Below are positions 41,566-53,100 of a stretch of 64,000 nucleotides of DNA, one piece after another. The translations under genes were made by a program, and so were the position numbers. The notes beneath the pieces are model-generated. The model had not been told where the DNA came from. It saw only the letters and a list, made by a program, of their open reading frames with translations, and searched no databases. The stretch is taken from the IMG/VR virus record IMGVR_UViG_3300032246_002559; one strand, written 5' to 3'. The stretch is from an uncultured virus (IMG/VR IMGVR_UViG_3300032246_002559) (lineage: Duplodnaviria; Heunggongvirae; Uroviricota; Caudoviricetes). Within the stretch, counting starts at the first letter, position 1. Every line of letters starts with the position of its first letter.

Positions 41566-42279
41566 ATGCTACCTAAAGTCAGTTGCCTTTGTCCGACCTA
41601 TGGTCGCGTACGTGTTTTGGAAGAAGCCATTCACTCTTTTTTGACTCAAGACTACTGCGGACCAAAAGAATTAATTATTCTCAATGATCTGGCAGATCAA
41701 GAACTTGTGTTCGACCACCCCGAAGTCCGCATCGTCAATACAAAAAATAGAATCGTTCCTCTGGGAACCAAATTTAATGAAACGGCGAAATTGGCGACTG
41801 GGGATTTGCTCTGCGTTTGGGAAGACGACGACATATATTTGCCCCATCGAATCTCATATACTGTCGACCACCTCGAGAATGGGCTTTTCCATACGCACAG
41901 GGCCTACTACGAGCATTCCTTTCAAAAAATTATCCGTTCCGCCAATCTCTTCCACTCCAACCTTGCTATTCGCCCTGATATATTTTGGTCGGTTGGTGGC
42001 TACAGTGCCTCTGACTGGTGTGGAATTGATACTCTGATATTTGAGGCTCTGAGACAAAAATACGGTAATTTTTCTCGGGAAATCGCAGACAAAGATCTGT
42101 TCTATATCTACCGCTGGATCACGGCTCAAGATTATCACGCCAGTGCTTGGTCCAGTCATAATGTCAGCGCGATGGCTACCGATCACGTCTGCGGACGCAT
42201 CCTGAGTGGGGAGATCCCGACTGGGATTGTTCCTTTGGTTCCCCGTTGGTCATACAACTATTTGGAGTACCTCCCTTGA
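41566..42279 (+). CDS. Glycosyltransferase, GT2/GT-A fold
   Basis: VSCLCPTYGR, ELIILND, WEDDD. Confidence 0.9.
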   Translation: MLPKVSCLCPTYGRVRVLEEAIHSFLTQDYCGPKELIILNDLADQELVFDHPEVRIVNTKNRIVPLGTKFNETAKLATGDLLCVWEDDDIYLPHRISYTVDHLENGLFHTHRAYYEHSFQKIIRSANLFHSNLAIRPDIFWSVGGYSASDWCGIDTLIFEALRQKYGNFSREIADKDLFYIYRWITAQDYHASAWSSHNVSAMATDHVCGRILSGEIPTGIVPLVPRWSYNYLEYLP

Positions 42280-43352
42280 TCAACCTAACGGTTCCTATCA
42301 ACTTTCTCGGGTACGGAGTCGTTGGGCGAAGTTTAGCGAAGTCTCTCCATTTAGTGGGGGCTGAACCAGCACTTTTTCCGATCGGTCCAATTGATTGTCC
42401 CGAAAGAGATATTCCCCTGCTTCAAAAGCTGGCTACGAGTGCATCTCGTTACGACCCGAAATTTCCTTCTTTTCGGCTATGGCATGCTTGGGAAATGGCC
42501 CACCACCCCACGCGTGGCATGAGAACGGGCGCGACATTCTTTGAGCTAGATCGTCTTCGTCCTGACGAGGTCCATCAGCTTAACCAGCTTGATCTTGTGT
42601 TTGCATTCGGCGCCTGGGCAGCCGGAGTTATGCTTCGTTCAGGAGTTACTTCAACTATCCAGGAAATCAATTGTTCGGTTGATGCTGAAGTGTTTGCGCC
42701 GCGCCCACTCTCAGAGGGCGACACGACCGTCTTTGTCAATGCGGGCAAATGGGAAATTCGCAAAGGACACGATGTGTTGCTATCGGCGTTCCTAAAGGCT
42801 TTTCGGCCCGATGATCATGTCAAACTACTTATGCTGTGCGACAATCCATTTCTGTCTCCCAGCGAGAGTGCTGGTTGGGTCAAGTATTATAAGAATCATC
42901 CGCTTGCAGACAAAGTGACGATCGTGCCAAGGCAGCCGACACACGAAGGTGTGGCAGAAGTATTCGCCCAGGCTCATTGTGGAGTTTTTCCGTCTCGAGG
43001 TGAGGGGTGGAATATGGAGGCTATGGAGCTATTGTCCATGGGTCGACATGTGATCGCTACTGCCGCCACTGCACATCTCGACTATATGAACTCTCACAAT
43101 GCCTTGTTAGTAGAGCCTGGACCTGAAGAACAAGCCTATGATGGTAAATGGTTCTCTGGTCAGGGGATGTGGTCCTCGATACCCGGCAGATGCATCGATG
43201 AGATAGCGGCGCAAATGAGGGAATTTCACGAGGGCCGTATCTCTGGACGGATAAGTCAAAACGAAGAGGGGGTGAGGACATGTCGTGCTTTAACGTGGGA
43301 GTCAAGCGCACTAAAGATTGCTAAATGTCTGGGGGTGTCATGTGGGTTGTAA
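42276..43352 (+). CDS. Glycosyltransferase, GT4/GT-B fold
   Basis: GKWEIRKGHD; FPSRGEGWNMEAME (ExxxxxxxE). Confidence 0.9.
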   Translation: MINLTVPINFLGYGVVGRSLAKSLHLVGAEPALFPIGPIDCPERDIPLLQKLATSASRYDPKFPSFRLWHAWEMAHHPTRGMRTGATFFELDRLRPDEVHQLNQLDLVFAFGAWAAGVMLRSGVTSTIQEINCSVDAEVFAPRPLSEGDTTVFVNAGKWEIRKGHDVLLSAFLKAFRPDDHVKLLMLCDNPFLSPSESAGWVKYYKNHPLADKVTIVPRQPTHEGVAEVFAQAHCGVFPSRGEGWNMEAMELLSMGRHVIATAATAHLDYMNSHNALLVEPGPEEQAYDGKWFSGQGMWSSIPGRCIDEIAAQMREFHEGRISGRISQNEEGVRTCRALTWESSALKIAKCLGVSCGL

Positions 43353-44062
43353 CTTGCAGGTAGGTCTTGGTCTAGCCTGTGTTCCGTTTGCAGTTACTGG
43401 CTTGTCAGAAATCAAGTTCTTAGTGAAGACTAGTCCAATCGAAATGCCGACGGCCATCATTGGTCCTGGCGATGACGCACTTTCGGCTGTCTCTGAGTTG
43501 ATGTGGCGCCTGCTCGGAGTTAAGGCCCGCATCGGACAGAAGGGGTGGGTTGACCTGAAGCTGTCGTCAGCTTTGACCCTGTCTATCGACACATGGTCAG
43601 TGGTCCTTATATATGGTGGTATGGTCCCAGAAGAGTTAACAATACTCGAGGAGGGTTACGCATGGATGAGTTGGGAAAGCCTAAAAAAACCGGGAGTCGT
43701 CGCTCCGCAGATTATACAGGCCATGGTGTTCGCGGCCCAACGAATTTAGTCGGCATTTCTCTGAGTGTCGAAGGAGAGGAATTTGACGTCAAGTTTCATT
43801 TACCCGATCACGTTTCTGAGGATGATAAAGCGCACAACGCTGAGAAGATCGGCACTTTTTTGGCTATACTTCAGCAAGGTAAATTGGCCTCTCTATTGAC
43901 TTTCTCCGCGGCGAAGTGGGGGGTGATCAACAAGCGCGAGGAAGAAGCCCAGATCCTGATCAGGACTATGCACGTCGGTATGGATTTGAACGTCGTAGGT
44001 GGCGAGATTGTCGAGCCACCGCTCGTTTCTCCGTTGGATGCCTTTGTGATGAGGAAAGAATC

Positions 44063-44866
44063 ATGATTAATGCCCGAGTAATAGCAGACAGCATCAGCAC
44101 TGCCGGCGCTCGAATTACCACTATGGTCATTCGATTTCCTCGGTTCATTTTGGCTGAGTTCAACACCCATCGACAATTTTCACGTAACGCGGCTAGTAGC
44201 CGAGCAATACCTACCGCAAAGATCATTCGTCAAGTCGAAGAGGCCCCTGCTCTTCCAGTGTTTTGGGGTAAAAATCAAGCTGGCATGCAGGCATGGTCAG
44301 AAATGTCACCAGGAGATCGCGGAGTTGCCGAAGAGATCTGGCTTCAAGCCCGAGACTTAGCTGTTATCAAAGCTAAAGAACTGCTATCTATCGATTGCCA
44401 TAAGCAGATTGTAAATAGGATCCTGGAGCCATGGATCACTACCACCGTGTTAGTTACGGCGACTGAATGGAAGAACTTTTTTACTTTGCGTTGCCATCCC
44501 GACGCCCAACCCGAAATGAGGGCATTGGCAGAAATGATGAGGGATGCTTTTGATAAAAGTCGTCCGTCGAAAGTGCCGGAAGGGGGATGGCATATCCCGT
44601 TTGGCGATAAAATGCCCATCGATGTTTCAGATTCCGACCGCCTTAAGATTGCTACTGCTCGGGCCGCGCGCCTAAGCTACGAGTCATTTGACGGCGAGAC
44701 TTCTCTCTCCAAAGACCTAGAACTACATGATCGTCTTGCCAGTTCTGGACACTGGTCGCCGTTTGAACATGCCGCTTCGGCCCTTTCTGATCCACTAAAA
44801 CGGTCAGGTAATTTTGAGGGGTGGGATCAGTACAGGAAGTTCTTTCCGGGGGAGTCGGGACGATGA
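44063..44866 (+). CDS. thyX: Flavin-dependent thymidylate synthase
   Basis: EFNTHRQFSRNAASSRA; LRCHPDAQPEM; GHWSPFEH. Confidence 0.88.
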   Translation: MINARVIADSISTAGARITTMVIRFPRFILAEFNTHRQFSRNAASSRAIPTAKIIRQVEEAPALPVFWGKNQAGMQAWSEMSPGDRGVAEEIWLQARDLAVIKAKELLSIDCHKQIVNRILEPWITTTVLVTATEWKNFFTLRCHPDAQPEMRALAEMMRDAFDKSRPSKVPEGGWHIPFGDKMPIDVSDSDRLKIATARAARLSYESFDGETSLSKDLELHDRLASSGHWSPFEHAASALSDPLKRSGNFEGWDQYRKFFPGESGR

Positions 44867-45465
44867 AAAAGAAGATTCAGTGGTTGAAGTGGTATGACCC
44901 CCTACGTTGGCAAGAATCCAAAGATCCTGAGGAATCCGGGGAGCAGTCCACTATCGATTCATTTTCTTCAGAAGCGCAAGAAGATGAAGCTCGACATGTC
45001 AGAATGCTTGCCGGACCTTATGGACTTGTTCCTGTTGGAGAACACGGACTGTCAAGCAAGCTGTACAAGCTTTGGGTGGCTCACTCTAACTTCGATATCA
45101 CTTCGTCAATCGCTAGAGTCGTCGCTCAAGTCCCTGGAGTGGAAATTCTTCGGGTCTGGACTCGATACCGGATGTGGGTAGGGATTGCTAATCTCTTTGA
45201 CACTCAAGACGTTCAGCGAGCAATCGAACGCGAGCTGTGTGGCGAGCCGGAAAAACTTTCTAGTCGTCCCATTTCTCAGAAGCGGGAAGCAGCCGTGCAA
45301 ATGCTAGAGAAAAATTTGCTGCGTGATTACGGCGACATGGAATGGATCATCTATTCAGACGAAGACGGCGATCTTCTGTACAGTATAGACAAAGATCGCA
45401 ACGTCCTAGCAAAAGAAATTTCTGAGAAAGGTCTAGAAGCTAATGTCCTCTCCAAGAGCTGGTGA
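44863..45465 (+). CDS. Hypothetical protein
   Basis: Coupled ORF; WVAHSNFDIT...PGVEIL...RYR. Confidence 0.6.
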   Translation: MKKKIQWLKWYDPLRWQESKDPEESGEQSTIDSFSSEAQEDEARHVRMLAGPYGLVPVGEHGLSSKLYKLWVAHSNFDITSSIARVVAQVPGVEILRVWTRYRMWVGIANLFDTQDVQRAIERELCGEPEKLSSRPISQKREAAVQMLEKNLLRDYGDMEWIIYSDEDGDLLYSIDKDRNVLAKEISEKGLEANVLSKSW

Positions 45466-45469
45466 AGTT

Positions 45470-45991
45470 ATGTTGAGGCAGCCCGTAACAAATGATCAGA
45501 TCAATGCGGCTCTGGCTGTTGACGACAACGTCAACATTATTCGCAAGGTGACGGCTAAATATGCTTCGACTATTCATCAGGATGATCTGAAAACATGTGG
45601 TCTCAATGCTCTCTGGCGAACGCTACAATGTCATGACCCCTCCTACAATCAGAAGTTCACCACTAGTCTTTACCGGTTTGTAGAGTGGGAATGCCAGAGG
45701 GAGTTGCGACGAAGGCGAACGAAAGTCTTGTCTTTAACTGTTCCACTTGATCAAGCCTCTCCCCACGAGGTTGCCGAGGATTGTCTTCCGTCTGAGGATG
45801 TCGAGCTGGTGAGGGAAGCAATATCTATGCTGGATGAACAAGATAGAGAGATCATTCGATTTCACTTTCTTGAGGGCCACAGTCTACGAGATGCTGTTCG
45901 TAGGTTTGGTTTTTCTAAGCAGACTGCTCGCAAAAAAAAACAAGAGGCCTTGCAAAAACTTAGAGAACGACTTATTGGGCAAGCTGGTTAG
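45470..45991 (+). CDS. Sigma-70 family sigma factor
   Basis: DDLKTCGLNALWR...KFTTSL; region 4 LDEQDREIIRFHFLEGHSLRD...ALQKLR. Confidence 0.88.
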   Translation: MLRQPVTNDQINAALAVDDNVNIIRKVTAKYASTIHQDDLKTCGLNALWRTLQCHDPSYNQKFTTSLYRFVEWECQRELRRRRTKVLSLTVPLDQASPHEVAEDCLPSEDVELVREAISMLDEQDREIIRFHFLEGHSLRDAVRRFGFSKQTARKKKQEALQKLRERLIGQAG

Positions 45992-46030
45992 TATTGTTGG
46001 AACTACTCGTATTCTGCATGGGAGAAAGTC

Positions 46031-46291
46031 ATGGCTACGGATATCGATCAAGTAAAAAAGTACGTGGCTTTGTTTCTTAACGCTGCCAAGTGGATCGAAG
46101 CAATTGTGCCAGGCACGGCAGACGACAAGGTGATTGAAGCAATCAGCAACCTCGTGACGCAACCTTGGTTTGCTGAGTTTGCTGTATTTGTGCTCAAGCA
46201 GTTTGAGAATGGCAAGACTCCAAGCATGGGCGAATTTGGATTCGCCATCAGTCAATTTGTACCAGGTCAAAACGACGCGCCGCAGTCATAA
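46031..46291 (+). CDS. Small hypothetical protein (holin-like?)
   Basis: IVPGTADDKV motif; amphipathic helices. Confidence 0.5.
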   Translation: MATDIDQVKKYVALFLNAAKWIEAIVPGTADDKVIEAISNLVTQPWFAEFAVFVLKQFENGKTPSMGEFGFAISQFVPGQNDAPQS

Positions 46292-46299
46292 GGTGAATC

Positions 46300-47094
46300 A
46301 TGATCAGCATTTCTGCTTTTCTCTTGACTATATTTGCCTTCCCGGGAGGCGAAGCAGAGAAGTACGTGGTTCCCAAACAAGTTATTGTCGGGGCAGAAAG
46401 CCCCGTCCCTTTGGGGGAGCTGGTGGACCTGTCTCTTTCTGCGATTGAGCCTAAGCCAGCGAATCTCATCCAGCAATCAGTAGCATGGCAAGTATTTGAA
46501 GGTGGCGTACCCAAGCGAGTGCGCTCTACTGGAGAAGGAGTATTCTTTGGGGCTGGTGTTCAGCCCAAGAAAATGCTGGTCGTTGCGGCTGTTTCCTACC
46601 TTTTTGCGAGCAAGGAGGGGGATAGAATTAATGATGTCCAAGTCAAGATTGTACTCTTGACTGCGGATTTGCAAATCGGCCGGCCTGAACCGTTGCCGGG
46701 ACCAGGGCCTCGTCCTGTCCCGCCTCCGGATTCCACCCCCACTTTGCCGGAGGGGCGGTTCGGGCTGGCTAAAATTTCATTTGATTTGGCCATGTCGAAG
46801 GTCGCAGAGAATAGGGCTAGTGGCGCCTCCATCCTCGGTTCGTCTTTCGAGTCTCTTGCGTCTGCCGTGGCGGCAGGTGCTTATAAAACAGTCGAATCAA
46901 TACTAAAAGCTACGAACGAAGCTAATAACTCAGCACTGACGCAAGCCAATCTCAAGATCACTGATTGGGATGCTTTTGGTAATGATCTTCAAAAACTATT
47001 GTATGACCTTCACAAGAATAAAAAATTAGTAACTACTGAAGATTATTCGGATGCCTGGAAAGAAATTGCTTTAGGACTGAGGGCCGTCAAGTGA
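46300..47094 (+). CDS. Exported Pro-linker protein
   Basis: Signal peptide; PEPLPGPGPRPVPPP linker. Confidence 0.7.
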   Translation: MISISAFLLTIFAFPGGEAEKYVVPKQVIVGAESPVPLGELVDLSLSAIEPKPANLIQQSVAWQVFEGGVPKRVRSTGEGVFFGAGVQPKKMLVVAAVSYLFASKEGDRINDVQVKIVLLTADLQIGRPEPLPGPGPRPVPPPDSTPTLPEGRFGLAKISFDLAMSKVAENRASGASILGSSFESLASAVAAGAYKTVESILKATNEANNSALTQANLKITDWDAFGNDLQKLLYDLHKNKKLVTTEDYSDAWKEIALGLRAVK

Positions 47095-48023
47095 GCGACA
47101 CCATTATTTCCTCCTACGTGAATGGGGGCGAGTCTGGGTGGTTTGGCGAAGAAGTTGCTGCCGAGCAGTGGCCAGTAATGCAGGAAGCCGCCAACTTCGT
47201 TGAATTTGATCTTTTCGGTGATGTGCAGGCCCCTAAGTACTCAGAAAACTATCGAGTGGCTCAACGCGTTCTTGGTCGTAGTATCGGAGGGGCATCTAGC
47301 GTACAGCTAATTGGAGACTGTGTCTCCTGGGGGATGAAGCATGCTGTTGAGTATCTAGCGTGCTGCGACATCCTCATGCGTAAAGACGCGGAAGAATTTC
47401 ATCATATATTTGCCCCATACATTTATGGTGTGTCGCGAGTCCAGATCGGTGGGGGACGACTCTCTGGGGACGGGAGTCTTGGTAGCTGGGCCGCAGCCGG
47501 AGTGATGAAATACGGAGTGATTTTCGCAGACAAAAATGAAACTCCAGTATACTCAAAAGAAGTCGCTAAGAAGTGGGGCGCTAATGGACCTCCGTCTAGC
47601 TATCTAGCCATAGGAAAAAACTATCTTGTCCAGTCTGCTGCTAAGGTAAAAAGCTGGGATCAGCTCATCGCAGGTTTGGCCAATGGCTATTCGTGTACAG
47701 TCGCATCCAATCAAGGCTTCACGATGAAGCCCGACAAAGACGGCTTTCATCAAGCAGACGGACAATGGATGCACCAAATGTGCATTTATGATTATTGCTT
47801 AGATCCTGATCCTCATGTTCTTATCGCCAACAGTTGGGGCGATGTTCACGGAACACTTAAGCATTTTGCTACTGGTGAAACACTACCGGCCGGAACCATT
47901 AGGGCTAAGAAGTCCGTCATTGAACGCATGATAGGACAAGGCGACACTTTCCTTGTGTCGCAGTACAATGGCTTCCCCACTCAGGATATTCCTGCCGCTC
48001 TATTCAAGCTCGTCGGCAGTTAA
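47091..48023 (+). CDS. Papain-like (C1-type) cysteine peptidase
   Basis: QLIGDCVSWG (Q/C), WMHQM (H), IANSWG (N). Confidence 0.75.
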   Translation: MSDTIISSYVNGGESGWFGEEVAAEQWPVMQEAANFVEFDLFGDVQAPKYSENYRVAQRVLGRSIGGASSVQLIGDCVSWGMKHAVEYLACCDILMRKDAEEFHHIFAPYIYGVSRVQIGGGRLSGDGSLGSWAAAGVMKYGVIFADKNETPVYSKEVAKKWGANGPPSSYLAIGKNYLVQSAAKVKSWDQLIAGLANGYSCTVASNQGFTMKPDKDGFHQADGQWMHQMCIYDYCLDPDPHVLIANSWGDVHGTLKHFATGETLPAGTIRAKKSVIERMIGQGDTFLVSQYNGFPTQDIPAALFKLVGS

Positions 48024-48038
48024 CTACGAGGACGAATC

Positions 48039-48368
48039 ATGGATGACGTCAAGCTGGAGCCAGTATTAAATGGAGCCTACCCCAAGCTTCAGGGATATGT
48101 GGGTGAGCAGCTTGTTGGACTGCCACTCATGACTATTCTGATGATTGTCTCTGTGGGTATACAGGCCCTCTTTTATCTTTGGCAATGTCGACGCGCCAGG
48201 GGTATTTTGCGACGCATGGCGCGCGGCAACGGTCCAATCAGCCAGACCTACTTGCGTCACAAGGTGTATGTACCCTTGGTGAAGGCAGGTATCCCCGAGG
48301 CAGATGCCGAGCGGGCCACCCAGGCTTTGCGAATGGCGTTTGTCGAGGGGCACTTCGATGGTGGGTGA
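48039..48368 (+). CDS. Single-pass membrane protein
   Basis: Hydrophobic helix followed by Arg cluster. Confidence 0.6.
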   Translation: MDDVKLEPVLNGAYPKLQGYVGEQLVGLPLMTILMIVSVGIQALFYLWQCRRARGILRRMARGNGPISQTYLRHKVYVPLVKAGIPEADAERATQALRMAFVEGHFDGG

Positions 48369-49464
48369 GTTTCGACGCTATTCCGGCACCTCTTCGATTC
48401 TCGGTGAAACCACCAGTGCGACAGCGACACAAATCGTTGTTGCATTTTCTAATTTTCCTGCGCTACCACCGTTTGACATAGTCATCGACTCAGAAATAAT
48501 TTCAGTCATTGGTATTTCATCACAGCCTGTAGGTACAGGCGCACTACTAGGAATGATTCAGCCTCCCGAAACCCTAACTTTTACTGTCGTGCGCGGTAGG
48601 GATGGAACGACTGCCTCTAAGCACCTAGCTGGTCGTCCGGTCAAATGCGTCATAACATCAGACGGCTTTCTTTCACTCTCAGACGACAAGGGGTATTCCG
48701 GCCTTCGTGTTGTATCTGGTGGTTCGATTTCGGTAGAAATCACCGATGGCGATGGCATTTTCTTGATCGATCCATCTGATGAAAGATGGCGAGAGTTCCC
48801 TGCCCAAGACGACGTGATCCTTCCACTTCTCTCCGATGGAGAGGTGGGTGACGTCTATGCGTACTGGTCAGATGTCACAGATATGGTGGAGTACGAGATA
48901 CAGAATTGGATTTCTCCACAGTCCCCTGCTCAAAGATCCATTAGGGACGGCGTGACGAGTAGAACAGGTAGTCTAACCAGACGATATGTTGGCTCAGTAC
49001 AAAGACAAGGTACGCTGTATAGCGCAAGCGTTCTTCGGGTAGTACTGACATCAGCTTCGCTGGTAAGCTTGAAGCACGGAGGGTTTGGTGCCTTGAGATT
49101 GGTTCCCACAGTGTCAACGGTCACCCTTAATGGCCTACAGACAGCACGCGATGGATCAGTGATCGTTTTGCACAATACTGCGGCGACACAAAAGTTGGTG
49201 CTTAAGCACAACTCCAATGCAGCTTCTGCTGGAGAAAAATTCCTGCTTCCAAAAGGCTTGGATCTGCCCATCGATCCGTTGGATGGAGTCGTGGCGATCT
49301 ACGACGTGGCCAGCCAAGCCTGGAGGACGTTGTCGAACTGCTATATTCGAGAACCGCGTCCAGAAGATCCCGTGCTTCAGGAGAACAGTTTAGAGGACGG
49401 CTCCGATAATCTAATGGCATATGCAGACGGGCGATCCGACACAATCTTCTACAAGGGCAATTGA
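48358..49464 (+). CDS. Virion structural (tail/fibre-type) protein
   Basis: IDSEII...TVVRGRDGTTASKH; N-terminal domains shared with 50159..54208. Confidence 0.65.
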   Translation: MVGEFRRYSGTSSILGETTSATATQIVVAFSNFPALPPFDIVIDSEIISVIGISSQPVGTGALLGMIQPPETLTFTVVRGRDGTTASKHLAGRPVKCVITSDGFLSLSDDKGYSGLRVVSGGSISVEITDGDGIFLIDPSDERWREFPAQDDVILPLLSDGEVGDVYAYWSDVTDMVEYEIQNWISPQSPAQRSIRDGVTSRTGSLTRRYVGSVQRQGTLYSASVLRVVLTSASLVSLKHGGFGALRLVPTVSTVTLNGLQTARDGSVIVLHNTAATQKLVLKHNSNAASAGEKFLLPKGLDLPIDPLDGVVAIYDVASQAWRTLSNCYIREPRPEDPVLQENSLEDGSDNLMAYADGRSDTIFYKGN

Positions 49465-49465
49465 C

Positions 49466-50155
49466 ATGGCTGACAATGTGACAATAGTTGGAACAGTAGT
49501 TGCGGCCGACGAGGTTAGCGACGGGACATTAGGAACTGTCAAGGTTCAATATGTCAAGATTATGGACGGGACTCTTGACGGCACCAATAAGGCTCAGGTG
49601 GGAGCAAGTGGACTGTCTGTTTTAGCGTCTCAAAACGGATCTTGGTCAGTCGCAGTACCGACTCTTGCGGCATCGGCTCCGTCGCTCAAATCTACTGCTC
49701 CTGGTGTTGGAACTTTCGTCTCGGACGGATCGGGATGGCAACCAGCCATCAATCCTGTTGGCGCGGGGGCAACTACTTCGGGCAGTGGTCTGGCTGCCGG
49801 AACAGATTATTTATTTAATGGTGCCTCGTATGAGAGGCAGCGCACACCATCCGTATGGAAAAATGTTGGTGCTTCGGGAGTGCTGGCTACAGTATGGACT
49901 CCCGCCTCAGGCAAGACTATTCGCTTCATGGGCGGGTATATTTCTGCTGCTAGCGGAGTTAGCTTGTTGTTTGAAGATAATGCCACCGGAAACTTCATTT
50001 TTAAAACGCCTATTTTAACAGCAAATGTGCCGTTCTCATTTGCCTTAGGTAACGGTATCCCTATGTCGGGAGCTAACCGAACCCTAAAGGCGACCCAGAC
50101 ACCCAACTCGCCGGTCGTCACCTTCACAGGGACCATATACGGCACCGAGGAGTAA
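49466..50155 (+). CDS. Gly/Thr-rich virion structural protein
   Basis: MADNVTI...; C-terminal beta domain ending GTIYGTEE. Confidence 0.6.
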   Translation: MADNVTIVGTVVAADEVSDGTLGTVKVQYVKIMDGTLDGTNKAQVGASGLSVLASQNGSWSVAVPTLAASAPSLKSTAPGVGTFVSDGSGWQPAINPVGAGATTSGSGLAAGTDYLFNGASYERQRTPSVWKNVGASGVLATVWTPASGKTIRFMGGYISAASGVSLLFEDNATGNFIFKTPILTANVPFSFALGNGIPMSGANRTLKATQTPNSPVVTFTGTIYGTEE

Positions 50156-50158
50156 CAG

Positions 50159-53100
50159 ATGGCTTTTCACCGCTTCGCCAATCAGGCGGTCACCTATCTG
50201 GCCAACACTATCAACAGTTCGACCACTTCGGTAGTTGTGGTTTCTGCCACTAAATTTCCACAGGTTCCTTTTGAAGTGACTTGTGGTTCAGAAGTTATGC
50301 GTGTCACAGACATCAATTTGGTGACCAATACGCTTACTGTTATTAGGGGTAGGGAAGGGACTACTGCGGCGACGCATGCTTCGGGTGACGCAATTGCACA
50401 CACGCTCACTCGTGATGGACTATTAGATACTCTATCGGGAAACGGAACTAACAATACTGCACTCTCGTTTTCTTCTACAGATCCAGAAGCAGTCGGTGGA
50501 GCAACCGTATATTTGACTCCATTATCCGGTAACAATATTGGACTTTATGATGCTTTAGAGCAACGATGGAGACGTTTTCCTGTTACTATACCTCCGTCTG
50601 TCGACGCCAACGAAGTAGCTGGTTCTTGTGTAGATGTGTTTGCGTCCTGGAACAATTCGACACAGTCCGTCGTTTTGAACAAGGTAGTATTTGATTGTGA
50701 GGACGGTCGATCTGCCGGCTACGATCTTGTTCGAGTAGACGGAGTCGTTGTTTCTGAGTCAGCACTTGCCTGGCGGCATGTGGGCACTTATCAAATGGTG
50801 TCAAGCAATCAAGTGGCCTTAAACTCCAATACGCCAATACTTTCTGGATATCAGAATGCCGAGATACCGCGGTTAGGAAAAAAGATTCTTAGAATCGACC
50901 CACCGATAACTTCTTATGAAATCCATGGCGTCGAACCAGCAGAAGATGGCGCAACAATCTACCTACTTAATGTCTCCAGCTCCGATACAATTTTGATCAA
51001 GCATAACTCTGGTACGGCTGGCGCCAACGCTAAAATTCTGGCGCTTGATGCTGATGATTATCCGATTTATCCGCTCGGAGGCGTTACGCTTGTTTATGAT
51101 GCTTCGTCGGCTGCCTATCGCATGATCGGAGCATGTTGTGCTACGACAACCACAGCCCCAACAACCACCACTACTACAACTACTACGACAACAACCACAA
51201 CTGCTGGTCCAGGAACAACAACTACCGCTGGACCAACAACGACATCGACTCCAACGACAACAACTCCAGATCCCTACTCTGCATCGTGCTTGCCCTCTAC
51301 TACCTACGTTCGAGTATCTACAGATACTAATGGCGTGAGTGGTCCTCACTTTGAGTTTTCTGCCGACAATGCTACCTGGTTTGTCGCCAGTGCGGCTGCT
51401 CCTAAGCTGATTGCTAATCGCACCTATACGTTCAGGCTAACCAACACATCATCTCACCCCTTCCGCGTGTTCGACACAGACGGATTCAATCGACTAGCAA
51501 AAGCCACGGTCGGCGGAGCCAGTGGAACAACAGCAGACGGATTTTGGGGTGGGGACGTCACAATGACCGTCGTCCTGCTTGATAAAACCCCGTTCTCTTA
51601 CGATTGTGGCCTACACGGATTTGAAGGTGGCGTTGGCGAAAATGCTTTTGTCTACGGCGGAGACTGTTCGATTTGTGCGCAGCCCGTAATGTACTTGAGG
51701 TTGAACGAGGATCCTGCAACCTATCCGCCACCTCCCGCCTGGCCGTCCAGCGTGCCAGTGCTCCAGTATAACAAAACGAGCGTATATACGGATGTCTTTA
51801 GTGGTACCTATGCTGATGGTCTTAAAAGTTCTTTCGTTGCCGTTCAAACTTACTATCCTTACAGTGTCATTGACGACAACAGGATGGGGCTGACGGGTCA
51901 AATTTCTGGAATCAAGCTTAGTCTGTACGGATTACGTTCAACGATTGCTTCGGCTAATAATAAGTGTGTCGTATTTTTGGGCTATACCACTGCCGAGTCT
52001 ACGCCGATTACCAAGAGATGCTTGTTGGCTGGGGAGTTAAATGCTTCTGGCACAAATGTCTCTGGTGGCATCGACTATGTAATTGAGCCAAATGACTCCC
52101 TCTCTGCCTGGTCCTTTGGGGCGGCTGGGACGTACAAGCCTAATCCCAATGGCAAGTTGTCTACCTCTTATGAGGTGGGTGATTCCTTACCACACGCTCA
52201 ACTTATTGATCTCATCGGGCTGAGCGCCAGAGGTACTTTTTTCCTATTGATCAAAGCTAGTAACCAGAGTGGTGCTGGTGTTGTCACTGTTGATAGTTTT
52301 GCTGTTGAGATTTTGACGAGCAACGACGAGACGCGGACATTCTGGGCACGCCCGAATGATCAGATTGGATTCAATTCAACAGATGCCTTTGGTGTGTTGG
52401 CCGATATTCCTCTGGAAAGAAACTACGGATTGACCGAGTATCCAACAGATCTTGCTGTTGGAGAAGTAAAGTACGTTCGCTTCCGCTCTGAATACGATGC
52501 CAATTACCACCTGTGGGCTGGTGGTCAAGACACAGGTGGGGTCAAGCTGGAAATATTCCGAAATTGGAACGCTTCCGACTCTCCCGTCTCCACTTATTTC
52601 AATCTGTACGATTCCTCACGCAAGCGATTACTCTGTTCGTCAGGAGAGTTCATTACCTTTAAGTTCACCAACACCTCGGCGACAGCCAAAACTATCAGTC
52701 TCAAGCTCCAAACCCCAGACATCAACTATGAAATGAGCGCGGATGGAACCAACTGGCACCTGCCCAACCGTTGGGCCTTTGGTGGAGCTGGTGCCAGTAC
52801 GCCAGCCTCGTACAAGATTAGTCTGCGACATTTAACTAATCCGCGCTTCGCATTCAAGGTTCGGCCAATTCCGGCTGGTACTGCAGCATTTGTAGAAAGC
52901 ACTGCTTCCACCGTCCAAAGTTCTATAGGTCCAGGACCATACTATTATGCTAATCCAGTTAATGTAAACAATAGCTATGTAAAGTTGCTAATGGGCTACA
53001 ATCAACCCATTCAGAAATTTCTTGACTCGCGTACCGGCACGTTGATCATTAACGAAGATGATTTAGACGATGACCGTCAGTCTCTAGTTTACAGCGCTAG

